This document shows, piece by piece, positions 63,967 to 64,000 of a stretch of 64,000 nucleotides of DNA. The notes beneath the pieces were generated by a model that saw only the letters and a list, made by a program, of their open reading frames with translations, made no database searches and was not told the DNA's origin. Numbering within the stretch: position 1 is the stretch's first letter; every line of letters starts with the position of its first letter. A program made the position numbers and the translations under genes. The stretch is from the human T2T-CHM13v2.0 reference genome, Homo sapiens, in NCBI RefSeq assembly GCF_009914755.1, contig NC_060932.1, one strand, 5' to 3'.

Positions 63967-64000
63967 GTAAGATGACCCAGGCATAGCTCAGATTAATAAG

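Overview
Primate (very probably human) AT-rich, LINE-dense genomic DNA inside the gamma-1-syntrophin gene SNTG1 (+ strand). Two consecutive coding exons, not called correctly by the ORF track, lie at 36485-36587 (PDZ C-terminus VQVLRNAGEEVTLTVSFLKRAPAFLKLPLNEDCA) and 63884-63966 (APSDQSSGTSSPLCDSGLHLNYHPNNT). They join in frame through a split TGT codon. The rest is intron, mostly transposon: two near-full-length L1PA elements in divergent orientation, several 5'-truncated or 5'-inverted L1s, older L1M fragments, seven Alus, a solo LTR12 (ERV9), a THE1 LTR, a Tigger1, MER44, MER2, and L2/MIR relics. The most unusual item is a full-length, intronless, polyadenylated retrocopy of tissue factor (F3) at about 24362-27545, split by an inverted L1. 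It looks old: frameshifted, non-human-like residues, no 3'UTR Alu. Even so, its distal coding part keeps CpG-island-like CpG density, which suggests escape from germline methylation and possible regulatory exaptation. Gene and repeat identities come from recalled sequences, not from database searches.
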